Numbered from the stretch's first letter, positions 51,928 through 60,988 are shown. The stretch is DNA of 62,417 nucleotides from Verrucomicrobia subdivision 6 bacterium (GCA_947442065.1 CANEUY010000001.1:1-62417), one strand, 5' to 3'. Numbers and translations: made by a program. Notes: a model not told the origin generated them from the sequence alone.

Positions 51928-52856
51928 TGCCCAAGGAATGCTTGGAGGCCCAACCGGAGAAAATCGAATTTCGAAACCGTGGGACGTTGGGAAAGGGTGT
52001 CGTAGTTCAACCGGTCAATTTTTCGTAGAATTTCGGTTCCGCCCAGCCAGGTTAAACGGATTTCCCAGGAGAGGGGGCGGGGAAGGTGCCGGGGGAGGGA
52101 CTCGCCTTCCTGAAAAAGTTTCCAAGCCCTTTCTGTCTGGTAGCGAAGGCAGTTGCGGAAGTTGGGGGTCGCACTTCCCGAAAAAAGATCTTCCTCGGAC
52201 ACGCCCAGCCTACGAAGGTCAATTTGGGGAATGTAGATCCGGTCTTTGCCAAGATCCACGGAGACGTCCTGCCAAAAGTTGGCAAGTTGCAGGCCGGTGC
52301 AGATGGCATCCGAAAGGTGGGCTAATTCCGCGCTGCGTTCTCCATGGATGAGGAGAACGAGTCGCCCGATGGGATTGGCACTTCGGCGGCAATAGTCGAG
52401 AACTTCGGGAAAGGTTTCATAGCGTCGTTGGACGATGTCCTGTTCGAATGCGCTCAGCAGATCGGTGAAGAGGGAATCGGGCAAATCGAGTTCTGCTTTG
52501 CTGCGCTGCAGGGGCTTAAAAATCCATGCATAGGTCGGATCGTACTCCTTGCCTTCGAGTGCATTTTGCCAGGCGTGACGGTAGGCACGAAAGACCTCCA
52601 GCCGTTCGGATTCCGTGGGGGCCGACCCGTTTGATTTTGTCCGGGGATCGGCATAGCCCTCATCGGCCAGATCGTCGGCCACACGAGCAAAGGCATAGAC
52701 GGCATGGACATGAGGTCGGAGTTTTTTGGGAACCAGACGTCCCACGGGGAAGTTCTCATAGTGTTCCCGTGCCAACTGGCTGCAGGCCGCATAGGGATCA
52801 GAAGCCGCGACCGTATGGGGAACGGCCTCAGCTATGGGGCTGGCGGACTGCATCAT
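51924..52856 (-). CDS. hpnC: Hydroxysqualene synthase HpnC
   Basis: HYENFPVG, YAFARVADDLADEG, YCRRSANPIGR and LQLANFWQDV. Start estimated at ATG 52856 or 52853. Confidence 0.92.
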   Translation of the reverse strand: MMQSASPIAEAVPHTVAASDPYAACSQLAREHYENFPVGRLVPKKLRPHVHAVYAFARVADDLADEGYADPRTKSNGSAPTESERLEVFRAYRHAWQNALEGKEYDPTYAWIFKPLQRSKAELDLPDSLFTDLLSAFEQDIVQRRYETFPEVLDYCRRSANPIGRLVLLIHGERSAELAHLSDAICTGLQLANFWQDVSVDLGKDRIYIPQIDLRRLGVSEEDLFSGSATPNFRNCLRYQTERAWKLFQEGESLPRHLPRPLSWEIRLTWLGGTEILRKIDRLNYDTLSQRPTVSKFDFLRLGLQAFLGQ

Positions 52857-53022
52857 CCCTACATTTTTACAGAGATTGAAGGGCGGAGCGAGCCGACAAG
52901 TGACCCATCCAAGTATCCTTTGGCAGGGGGGCGGTTGGTTTTTAACCAACCCAGGTGGGCCATACTGAACAACTTAGGAAAAATTTCTGGTAGATTCGAT
53001 CACCTCAAGGCCACGATCAAGG

Positions 53023-53988
53023 ATGCGCTATCTATCGGGGATTCAGCCGACCGGAAGGCTCCACTTGGGCAACTATTTCGGCATGATCCGGCCGGCTGTT
53101 GAACTCCAGACCAAAGGAGAGGCCTACTACTTTTTGGCCGATTACCACGCCCTGACGGGGGCGGCCGAACCGGGTCAACTCGCCGCCTTGGTGAAGGAGA
53201 CCTTTCTGGATCTTTTGGCCTGTGGAGTGGATCCGGAGAAGGCTGTTGTCTTCCGCCAAAGTGCAGTGCCGGAGGTTCACGAGTTGGCTTGGTATCTGTC
53301 CACGATTACCCCCATGGGGCTGCTGGAGCGATGCCATAGCTACAAGGACAAGGTGGCCAAGGGGATTTCCCCTTCGCACGGGCTCTTTGCCTATCCGGTT
53401 TTGATGGCGGCGGATATTCTGCTGTATGACGCGGACCGGGTGCCGGTCGGGCAGGATCAGAGGCAGCACCTCGAGGTGGCCCGGGACATTGCCGGGAAAT
53501 TTAACGAGAAGTACGGTCCGGTTTTTAAGTTGCCGGAATCGATCATCCGGGACGATGCGGGGGTGGTTCCGGGGGTGGACGGGCAGAAGATGAGTAAATC
53601 CTACGGAAACACGCTGGAGATTTTTGCCCCGGAAAAAGATCTCAGGAAAAAGATCATGGGGATCAAAACCGATTCCACGCCGGTGGAAGCGGCCAAGACG
53701 GTCGAAGGAAGCACCCTCTGGGGGTTGGTGAGATTGATGGGAACGGACGCGGAGCGGGCCGAATACCGAGGCAGGATGGAAAAGGGCGGCACGGGATATG
53801 GGGATCTGAAAAAAAGTCTGGCCGATCTGGTTCTCAAGGAGTTTGAGGGGATGCGAAAAAAGAGGGAAGAACTCGCCTCCGATCCTGCGCGGGTGGAAAA
53901 ATGGATGAAGGAAGGGGCCGCCAAGGCCAGAAATACGGCCGAACAGGTTTTGGACCGGGTCCGTTCCGCCGTAGGGACGAATTCATGA
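53023..53988 (+). CDS. trpS: Tryptophan--tRNA ligase
   Basis: SGIQPTG.LHLGNY, YPVLMAADIL, VPVG.DQ.QHLE and KMSKS. Confidence 0.97.
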   Translation: MRYLSGIQPTGRLHLGNYFGMIRPAVELQTKGEAYYFLADYHALTGAAEPGQLAALVKETFLDLLACGVDPEKAVVFRQSAVPEVHELAWYLSTITPMGLLERCHSYKDKVAKGISPSHGLFAYPVLMAADILLYDADRVPVGQDQRQHLEVARDIAGKFNEKYGPVFKLPESIIRDDAGVVPGVDGQKMSKSYGNTLEIFAPEKDLRKKIMGIKTDSTPVEAAKTVEGSTLWGLVRLMGTDAERAEYRGRMEKGGTGYGDLKKSLADLVLKEFEGMRKKREELASDPARVEKWMKEGAAKARNTAEQVLDRVRSAVGTNS

Positions 53989-54806
53989 TTCCCATGCTGG
54001 AAATTCCCGGGAGCGAGGCCCTCCGTGTCGAACTGAACGCCTTCACGGGGCCTCTGGATCTTCTCCTTCACCTGATCCGGGAACAGGAGATGGATATTTA
54101 TGATATTCGGATGGAAAAACTGACGGAGCAGTACCTCGCCCGTTTGGATCAGATGAAGGAGGAGAATCTGGCGATTGCAGGTGAATTTCTAGTGATGGCC
54201 GCAACCCTGCTTTATTTGAAGAGCCGAACCCTTTTGCCGGTCCAGGATCGCCCTCCGGAGGAGGTGGAAGAGGAGGATCCGAAGTGGGAACTGATCCGGC
54301 AGTTGATCGAGTATCGAAAATTCAAAGAGGCCGCGAGTCAGCTTGGGGAGCGGGAGGCGCTGCATTCCAAAATATTCGGCAGGGTTCCGGAAAGGGTTTC
54401 CGCACCCAAGGGGATGCAGGGGCCCGGTCAGGTCTCGATGTTTGATTTGGTCTGGGCCTTTCAAAAGGTTCTTCGTTCGGTTGAAGATCGTTCCCGGGTC
54501 GGGCGTTTTGAGGATGAAAAGTTCACCGTCGGCCAGAAAATTGAGTTTCTATTGGATCGGTTGTCCCCGGGGGAGGAGGTTCTGTTCGAAGACCTTTTCC
54601 GCTCCATGTCTTCCCGAGGGGAGGTTGTAGTGACGTTTTTGGCCATGCTGGAGTTGATCCGCCTACGGCAACTCGCAGCTATTCAAGATGGCCCCCTCCA
54701 ACCCATCCGCATCCGCAGGACTCCGGAGGGTATTTTAGGGGTGCCTTCGGAAACGCCCTCCAGCGTCGAAGGAACTGGTCAACTGGGCGACAATTCCGCA
54801 GTTTAA
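53985..54806 (+). CDS. scpA: Segregation and condensation protein A
   Basis: FTGPLDLLLHLI, EFLVMAATLLYLKSR.LLP and VVTFLAMLEL. ATG overlaps the trpS stop. Confidence 0.94.
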   Translation: MIPMLEIPGSEALRVELNAFTGPLDLLLHLIREQEMDIYDIRMEKLTEQYLARLDQMKEENLAIAGEFLVMAATLLYLKSRTLLPVQDRPPEEVEEEDPKWELIRQLIEYRKFKEAASQLGEREALHSKIFGRVPERVSAPKGMQGPGQVSMFDLVWAFQKVLRSVEDRSRVGRFEDEKFTVGQKIEFLLDRLSPGEEVLFEDLFRSMSSRGEVVVTFLAMLELIRLRQLAAIQDGPLQPIRIRRTPEGILGVPSETPSSVEGTGQLGDNSAV

Positions 54807-54818
54807 AGGGCATCGAAT

Positions 54819-55439
54819 ATGGAATGGGCGCGCATACTTGAAGCATTGCTGTTTGCCGCAACGGAGCCCATGGAGCCCGCACGTTTAGCTACCATTCTTC
54901 GCGAAGGACCGGAAGGCGGGCAGGGATGGCCAGAGGTCAAGGAACAGGATATCCGTGACGAACTGGCCCAGTTGTCCGAACGTCTGGCTCCTAGGGGTTT
55001 GATCCTGCGGGAAGTGGCGGGTGGATTTCGCATTGGGACCGCACCGGATCTCGCGGGATGGGTCGCCAAACTCAAGGGGGTGACGAAACCCCCTCGGTTA
55101 ACCCCCCCCGCTTTGGAAACCATGGCTGTGATCGCCTATCGGCAACCGATTTCGCGTGCGGAGATTGAGGCGGTGCGAGGGGTTGATTGTAGCGGGACTC
55201 TTGCCACCTTGGAGGAACGGGGAATCATCCGGATTTCAGGGAGGAGTGAGGCCCCGGGTCGCCCCATTCTGTATTCGACGACCCCTCTTTTTCTTGAGCA
55301 TTTCGGACTGCGGGATTTGGAAGAATTGCCGAATTCAGAGGAGTTGCGGAGGGTCAAGTTGCCGGCTCCGGCAGATCCCGCCGGTCCCCAACAGGAGGAA
55401 CTGATTCATGAAACTGTCGAATCTGCGCCACAAAGTTGA
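54819..55439 (+). CDS. scpB: Segregation and condensation protein B
   Basis: LEALLFA, ALETMAVIAYRQPISRAEIEAVRGV and PGRPILY.TT..FL.HFGL. Confidence 0.95.
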   Translation: MEWARILEALLFAATEPMEPARLATILREGPEGGQGWPEVKEQDIRDELAQLSERLAPRGLILREVAGGFRIGTAPDLAGWVAKLKGVTKPPRLTPPALETMAVIAYRQPISRAEIEAVRGVDCSGTLATLEERGIIRISGRSEAPGRPILYSTTPLFLEHFGLRDLEELPNSEELRRVKLPAPADPAGPQQEELIHETVESAPQS

Positions 55440-56469
55440 TCGGTTGGATGACCAATTGGTCCGTCTTCTTGAGGAACGGTCGAGCGTTGCCCGGGAGATC
55501 GGGCGCCTGAAAAAGCAGGATGGAAAGTCTGTTTTTGCCCCCGCCCGGGAGGCAACGCTTTTGCGTAGGATCGAAGGCAAGCTCCGTGGAGGTATGGATA
55601 TCGAGAACCTTCGGGCCATTTATCGGGAAATTCTTTCCAGCGCCCGGCAGATTCAGGGGGGAGCACGGGTGGCTTATCTTGGGCCAGAAGCTTCCTACTG
55701 TCATCAGGCGGCCCAGGAAAGGTTTGGTGCCACCACCGAACTGGTCCCTTGTCCCTCCATAGCGGAAATCTTTTCCGCCGTGGATCGGGGTGAAGTCGAT
55801 GCGGGTGTGGTGCCGATGGAAAATTCGGGGGAGGGGGCGGTCGGAGCCACCCAAGAGGGGCTCCTCACGACGGGGTCATGGGTTTGTGGAGAGATTTATC
55901 TTCCGATTCGTCACGCCCTTCTGACCCGAAATGCCACGGGCCCCCTTCGGGTGCTTTACAGTCACCCACAGGCACTGGCGCAATGTCGGCATTGGCTGGC
56001 CACCCACTTATCGGGGGTGAAACTGGTTGAAGTTGCAAGCACGGCGGATGGCGCCCGTCGGGCATCCCGGGAAAAAGGAGCGGCTGCCATCGCCAGCCCG
56101 TGGGCTGCGAAAGTCTATCGGCTGCACATTCGGAACCGGGATGTTCAGGATCGGCCGGGAAACAGCACGCGGTTCCTTATTCTCGGGCAGGATGCGGTAC
56201 CGGCAACAGGGAAGGACAAGACGAGTCTCTTTTTCACCCTGCCTCACCGCGCGGGGGCCTTGCATCGGGCCTTGGGGGTTTTGGCGGCAAAAAAGCTGAA
56301 TTTATTGAAGGTCGAATCCCGTCCCGCCCCGGGAAAACCGTGGGAGTATGTCTTCTTTGTCGATGTCCGTGGGCATCTCGACCAGCCCGATTTTCGCAAA
56401 GCCTTGCTCCGGTTGCAGAACGAGACCCAGGATCTCCAGATTCTGGGGAGTTATCCGGAAGATCGCTAA
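55408..56469 (+). CDS. pheA: Chorismate mutase / prephenate dehydratase
   Basis: AroQ N-terminus (LRHKVDRLD), AYLGPE, PMENS.EG, YSHPQALAQC, N.TRF and ACT-domain ESRP. Confidence 0.94.
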   Translation: MKLSNLRHKVDRLDDQLVRLLEERSSVAREIGRLKKQDGKSVFAPAREATLLRRIEGKLRGGMDIENLRAIYREILSSARQIQGGARVAYLGPEASYCHQAAQERFGATTELVPCPSIAEIFSAVDRGEVDAGVVPMENSGEGAVGATQEGLLTTGSWVCGEIYLPIRHALLTRNATGPLRVLYSHPQALAQCRHWLATHLSGVKLVEVASTADGARRASREKGAAAIASPWAAKVYRLHIRNRDVQDRPGNSTRFLILGQDAVPATGKDKTSLFFTLPHRAGALHRALGVLAAKKLNLLKVESRPAPGKPWEYVFFVDVRGHLDQPDFRKALLRLQNETQDLQILGSYPEDR

Positions 56470-56470
56470 G

Positions 56471-57805
56471 ATGGCAGAAGACAGCGCCCCACCACCCGGG
56501 GGTGGCCAGGATCCGGCACCGAAAAAGAAACTTCGCCTAAAAGTCACCCGGGTTGAGGAAAATCAACCCAGGGTCCGTCGGAGGGTGATCTCCCCAATGC
56601 CGGCCGGTTCCGGGCATGAAACGCCTCCCGCCGTGGAGGAAAAACGTGTCGGCGCGGGCAGGATCCTCGCGGATCTTGGAAAAGGGGCTTTGGGCTGGTT
56701 CAAGGATTTGGATCGAAGAGCCTGGATGGGGTTCGGAATTTTTGTCGGGTTGTTGGTGGTGTGGAGTCTCTGGTCGGAATGGAGGAAAACAGCGGTCAGG
56801 GTTCGGGTCAGTCTCGATGCCGTCCGTCTCGGGGATAAACCCGAAGTGCTGGTTCTCTATGATTTTTCCGAAAGGCTGGCAGGTTTGAGAAGGGATTACG
56901 GACGACGGCTGGCTCCGATCCGACCCCAGATTCGCGAACTGGAAAAAACCTTGGTTTTGGCCAAGGCGGATGCCGCAGGTACTTCGGAAAAAGTACGGAT
57001 GGTGGAACAGGTTCTCCATCAGGAAAGCAGCAAAGCGAAGACGGTGTATGAGGATTACCGGACTTCGGTCAGTCGTTTATGGCTGGAGGAAGCGGGGTTG
57101 CTGGACAATGAGTTTGATGAAGCTCGGAAAAAGTTTCTGGAGGAGGTCGAGGTACGGGCCCGGGAGGTGGGACTATTTTATCATCCCGAGGAGGACAACG
57201 ATCTGCAGCAACCCGAGATCGCCGCAAACGAATATCGGCTGGCCCTCTACCGCGCCCCTCCCAGCATAAAAATGCCCGACCAGTTCGGCTGGATTGAGAA
57301 AAAACTGAACGAATGGCACAAATTCGAAAAGGATTGGAATGCCCGATACAAGGGTCTGGGATCCAAGGCCAAACAGTTGCGGAGTCCGGCCAGTACCAGC
57401 CTGGATGAAAAAAAGGAGAGGGTGGGAATTCAGGCCAAGGAGTTGGAAAAATTTCGTGGGGACTCCCTCGCCATCCAGAATGAGATCAAGGGATATGAAG
57501 AGAGGTTAAAGGAACTCAGGGAAAAGGAGGTCCAGGCGAAAGGGCCGTTTGAGGAGGATGTTTCGGCTATTCCCGAGGCCTTTCTATGTCAGCGGGTTCC
57601 TCTGGATGCGGATGTGGCCGAAATCGTCGTGAAGGGGAAAGTGGCGGCAGCGGCCCCGGGGACTTTGCGACTGGTGGTTCGGGGGAAAAGAAACGGACAA
57701 TCCGCCTGGGTAATTTTACCGTTTGAACCGGTTTTGCATAAAAAAACCGAGGTGATGGTCAAAGATGCCGACTTCCACCCTGTGGACGACTGGCTGGACG
57801 ACTAG
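56471..57805 (+). CDS. Membrane-anchored coiled-coil protein of unknown function
   Basis: ATG 1 nt after the pheA stop, a TM segment (WMGFGIFVGLLVVWSLW), a long heptad-rich middle and a beta-rich C-terminus. Confidence 0.7.
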   Translation: MAEDSAPPPGGGQDPAPKKKLRLKVTRVEENQPRVRRRVISPMPAGSGHETPPAVEEKRVGAGRILADLGKGALGWFKDLDRRAWMGFGIFVGLLVVWSLWSEWRKTAVRVRVSLDAVRLGDKPEVLVLYDFSERLAGLRRDYGRRLAPIRPQIRELEKTLVLAKADAAGTSEKVRMVEQVLHQESSKAKTVYEDYRTSVSRLWLEEAGLLDNEFDEARKKFLEEVEVRAREVGLFYHPEEDNDLQQPEIAANEYRLALYRAPPSIKMPDQFGWIEKKLNEWHKFEKDWNARYKGLGSKAKQLRSPASTSLDEKKERVGIQAKELEKFRGDSLAIQNEIKGYEERLKELREKEVQAKGPFEEDVSAIPEAFLCQRVPLDADVAEIVVKGKVAAAAPGTLRLVVRGKRNGQSAWVILPFEPVLHKKTEVMVKDADFHPVDDWLDD

Positions 57806-57912
57806 GGAGGGATCAGCGATAGAGCCGGAGAATTCCAAAGAAGACTTTGGCGGCACCCAAGGAAAGAACCATTCCGATCCCGGAGTAGAAGAGCCAGTTC
57901 GGAATGCCCGAG

Positions 57913-58227
57913 TCAGTTTTTTTTGGGGATGGAGGTTGAGTTTTTATGAGATGATTTCCAGAGAAGATATTTCTTAACATCCCGGGAGAGCAAGGCGAGG
58001 AAAACCCCGGCGACCAGGGTGTCATCCACGATGCCTATCACGGGAAGTGCCTCAGGAATGAGATCCAGGGGATTGACAAGATAAAGGAGACCCAACACTC
58101 CTCCTGCCAGGGTGCCGGCGGGGACACGGGGGTATTTTCTCCTGGCGGAATCGCGAAGCATCGAGGGAGCGGTCTGAAGAAGGGATGGAATTTCACCCCA
58201 TTTGGGCAGGAGAGAGAAACGACTCAT
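57913..58227 (-). CDS. YkvA/DUF1232-family membrane protein (possibly frameshifted at the 3' end)
   Basis: YLVNPLDLIPEALPVIGIVDD motif. Confidence 0.82.
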   Translation of the reverse strand: MSRFSLLPKWGEIPSLLQTAPSMLRDSARRKYPRVPAGTLAGGVLGLLYLVNPLDLIPEALPVIGIVDDTLVAGVFLALLSRDVKKYLLWKSSHKNSTSIPKKN

Positions 58228-58319
58228 GGAGGAAGCTTCCCACATTCAAGAGGGTGAGGGAAGGGCAGGAAAGGAATGTTCTGCATGGACGGGGTCGGGA
58301 GGGGAGGTAGGCTTGTCGG

Positions 58320-58706
58320 ATGAAATTTAAATCTATCATCAATGTGGTTGCTCTTGTACTGAGTCTCTTCACCTCCCTCTCGATGGCGCAGGCACCTGCA
58401 GCGAATCGGGATGCGCTTCTTGAAAAAGTGACTGCTGCCATCAATCCTGAAGCCGACGGGGATCGGAAGGAGCTCATCCGAAAGGGGCTTGCTGCCTTGG
58501 CCGACTTGAATGCGACGGGAACCACCCCTGAGGATGCGTTGACCCAGGCCAAAGCGAAGGGGAACTTGAGCGGCGAAAAGACCGAGAAAATCAGCAAGAC
58601 GCTGATGGAGATGTGGAGCTTGAACACCGCACGTATGTCGGAACCTGCCACGTTGGATGCCTTGCGGGCCGGAAAAATGCCGGAACCCGCTCTCAAACGT
58701 CCTTAA
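58320..58706 (+). CDS. Small secreted helical hypothetical protein
   Basis: Signal peptide ending SMA-Q. TAGGCT lies 6 nt upstream of the ATG. Confidence 0.7.
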   Translation: MKFKSIINVVALVLSLFTSLSMAQAPAANRDALLEKVTAAINPEADGDRKELIRKGLAALADLNATGTTPEDALTQAKAKGNLSGEKTEKISKTLMEMWSLNTARMSEPATLDALRAGKMPEPALKRP

Positions 58707-58727
58707 TCGCCGTTCGGTGGGAAGAAA

Positions 58728-58901
58728 CTATTTTCCGTGCCTTTGGGGAAGCCACCCTGGCTTCTCCGGATTCGCCATACTGGGTGGACGTTCGGCAGTA
58801 GGAGTCAGATTGCTGGATGTGTCGTTATCGTTCTTCTTCTCTTCCCCATGAACGGGGGTGAAGGCTAAAGCGACAAGGACTAGGTAAGGCATTATTTTCA
58901 T
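58728..58901 (-). CDS. Possible 57-aa secreted microprotein
   Basis: MKIMPYLVLVALAFTPVHG signal-like N-terminus, then a polar/Pro-rich tail. Fills an otherwise empty gap. Confidence 0.45.
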   Translation of the reverse strand: MKIMPYLVLVALAFTPVHGEEKKNDNDTSSNLTPTAERPPSMANPEKPGWLPQRHGK

Positions 58902-58979
58902 GTTTCTACTCAAAACGATGGATTGGGCACGTCAAGGAAGAGGCTTGCTCCTGTTTGCTTCTTCATCAGTTTGATCCAG

Positions 58980-59570
58980 ATGCATATTTTCTTTGGACTG
59001 ATCATCAGCCTGTTTCCGCTCCTTTGCATGGCCGGGAAAGAAGAACCGCCCCCGAAGTATAGCCAGGATCTTCAACAGCAGGCGGATTCGGGGGATGCGG
59101 ATGCCCAGTTTCATTTGGGAGACTGTTATTTCTTTGGCTTGGGGATACCCAAAGATCAGAAGGAAGGCGTCAGCTGGTACCGAAAGGGTGCCGAAGCAGG
59201 GCAGATGCAGGCGCAGTTCAATCTCGGAGGGTGTCTACATGAGGGGCTGGGCATTGAACCTAACCTCATGGAAGCGATTCAGTGGTGGAGAAGATCAGCC
59301 GGGCAGGATTATGCTCCGGCGCAAATTAGTATCGGGGATTGTTACATTTTTGGGAAGGGTCTGGCCCAGGATGAGGAGGAGGGGGTGAGATGGTTCCGGA
59401 AAGCGGCAATGCAGAATTATCCGGCAGCGCAACATCGATTGGGGAACTGTTATTTCAACGGCCAAGGGGTCCGGTCGGATGTCGTGCAGGCCATTCAGTG
59501 GTACCGGAAAGCGGCGGATCAGGGGTATCAACCATCGATCCGAGCGCTCCAAAAACTCGAAAAGGACTAA
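58980..59570 (+). CDS. Secreted Sel1-like repeat protein
   Basis: Four repeats of the form AQ..LG.CY..G.G...D..E...W.RKAA.Q and a signal peptide. Confidence 0.9.
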   Translation: MHIFFGLIISLFPLLCMAGKEEPPPKYSQDLQQQADSGDADAQFHLGDCYFFGLGIPKDQKEGVSWYRKGAEAGQMQAQFNLGGCLHEGLGIEPNLMEAIQWWRRSAGQDYAPAQISIGDCYIFGKGLAQDEEEGVRWFRKAAMQNYPAAQHRLGNCYFNGQGVRSDVVQAIQWYRKAADQGYQPSIRALQKLEKD

Positions 59571-59572
59571 CC

Positions 59573-60463
59573 GTGCGGGTTGTTCAAACAGGAAACGGGC
59601 CGAACGGGGTGGTCGGATTCCACGGTTGGAGCGGGGATCACACCACCTTTGATCCCTTGCTAAAAAACCTCTCGGAAAATGTAACCTTCTACAGCTTTGA
59701 CCTCCCCGGATGTGGACAATCCCCAGAACCCAAACGGTGGGAGATGAAATCCCTGGCTCGTGAAATGGCAGAGGAGTTAATCCGACTGGAGAAAAGAGAC
59801 CTGACTCTGGTCGGAAGCTGTAGCGGGGGGGTTGTGGCCGTTTTTACCATCCGGGAATTGCGTGAGATGGGGAAAGGGGAGGTGGTCGGGCGATTGGTGA
59901 TGATTGACCCGTTCGGTTTTTGTCCTTGGTATTTCAATCTCTTTCTTGCTCCTTTGGTCGGAGGTTTGATGTATGCGGCAACCTTTGCGAATCCCTTGGG
60001 GCGCTGGATCACGAACTGGTCCCTTAAGAAAAAGAGGGCGGGAAAGGTTCATTTGACCGAATCGTTCCGTCAGGTGAACCATCAGGTGACAATAAAATAT
60101 CTGAGAATGATGGAGGCATGTGGATCTCCCGACCAGTTTCAGGGGATGAAGATTCCGGTGGAAATCCTCATGGGAGGGAACACTTTTGCAGCCGTGGCCG
60201 AATCTGTCCGGATGTGGCAGAAGGCCCTACCCCAGTCGAATGTGAAGGTATTGGAACACGTGGGGCACTTACCGATCGATGAAGCGCCGGACGCCGTGCG
60301 GGAAGTGGTCTTTCGGCGTCCTTTTAAGAAGAATATCCCAAAGTTGAAGAAAATGCCTGCTATTCAGGCAAGGGAAGCGCGGGAACTTCGGAATGAGCTG
60401 ACGCGGGGCGATATGAAGGGACCGCCGGCCTGGGATTTTGATTCCTCCGGTAATTCGAATTAG
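59573..60463 (+). CDS. Alpha/beta hydrolase
   Basis: FHGWSG, FDLPGCGQS, nucleophile elbow VGSCSGG and GHLP. Probable GTG start at 59573. Confidence 0.82.
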   Translation: MRVVQTGNGPNGVVGFHGWSGDHTTFDPLLKNLSENVTFYSFDLPGCGQSPEPKRWEMKSLAREMAEELIRLEKRDLTLVGSCSGGVVAVFTIRELREMGKGEVVGRLVMIDPFGFCPWYFNLFLAPLVGGLMYAATFANPLGRWITNWSLKKKRAGKVHLTESFRQVNHQVTIKYLRMMEACGSPDQFQGMKIPVEILMGGNTFAAVAESVRMWQKALPQSNVKVLEHVGHLPIDEAPDAVREVVFRRPFKKNIPKLKKMPAIQAREARELRNELTRGDMKGPPAWDFDSSGNSN

Positions 60464-60518
60464 CCAAAGCTTTTGAATTGGGATGGCGGATTCATCTTCA
60501 CGCGCTACAGAATAATCC

Positions 60519-60791
60519 ATGAGGGTTCTTTGCCTTGTCCCCCTGGTTCTGATTGCCTGTTCCTCGACAAAAGACAGTTTCGTGCAGCTGGGAAAACCGC
60601 AGAATAGTTTTGATCGAAACTCCAGCTTCAAGATTCCGAAGGATGAGGGGTATTCCGAGTGGGGCCAACGGCGACCGGATCCATTGCAAAACACCTATGT
60701 GGGAGAAGGGGTTAATCCGAACGGAGGGGAGACCCAGTTTCCCTTTGGGAGAACCGGCTGGGGAACCCGACAGTACGAGCACAGCTTTTAG
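60519..60791 (+). CDS. Small lipoprotein
   Basis: MRVLCLVPLVLIAC lipobox. 90 aa. Confidence 0.6.
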   Translation: MRVLCLVPLVLIACSSTKDSFVQLGKPQNSFDRNSSFKIPKDEGYSEWGQRRPDPLQNTYVGEGVNPNGGETQFPFGRTGWGTRQYEHSF

Positions 60792-60826
60792 GGATTGAAT
60801 TGAGTTCTGATTGACGCAAAGAGCCT

Positions 60827-60900
60827 CGCGCCCGGGTGGATTCGAACCACCGACCCGCGGATTAGAAATCCGCTGCTCTAGTCCCCTGAGCTACGGGCGC
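60827..60900 (-). tRNA. tRNA-Arg (anticodon UCU), CCA not encoded
   Basis: Reverse complement GCGCCCG...GCGGA-TT TCT AA-TCCGC...GGTGG TTCGAAT CCACC CGGGCGC G. Confidence 0.95.
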
Positions 60901-60988
60901 CTGATCTGAAGTTTATAGCAGAAAGGAACAGGAGGGGCGAGGAAGTGAAAGGGGTTAAGGGAGAAGGGGATGAAGTGGTCTATTCGGA

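Noticed and set aside
57800-60900. Genomic island integrated at tRNA-Arg (or at tRNA-Lys)
   Set aside because: No integrase or transposase, and I found no duplicated tRNA 3' end by eye.
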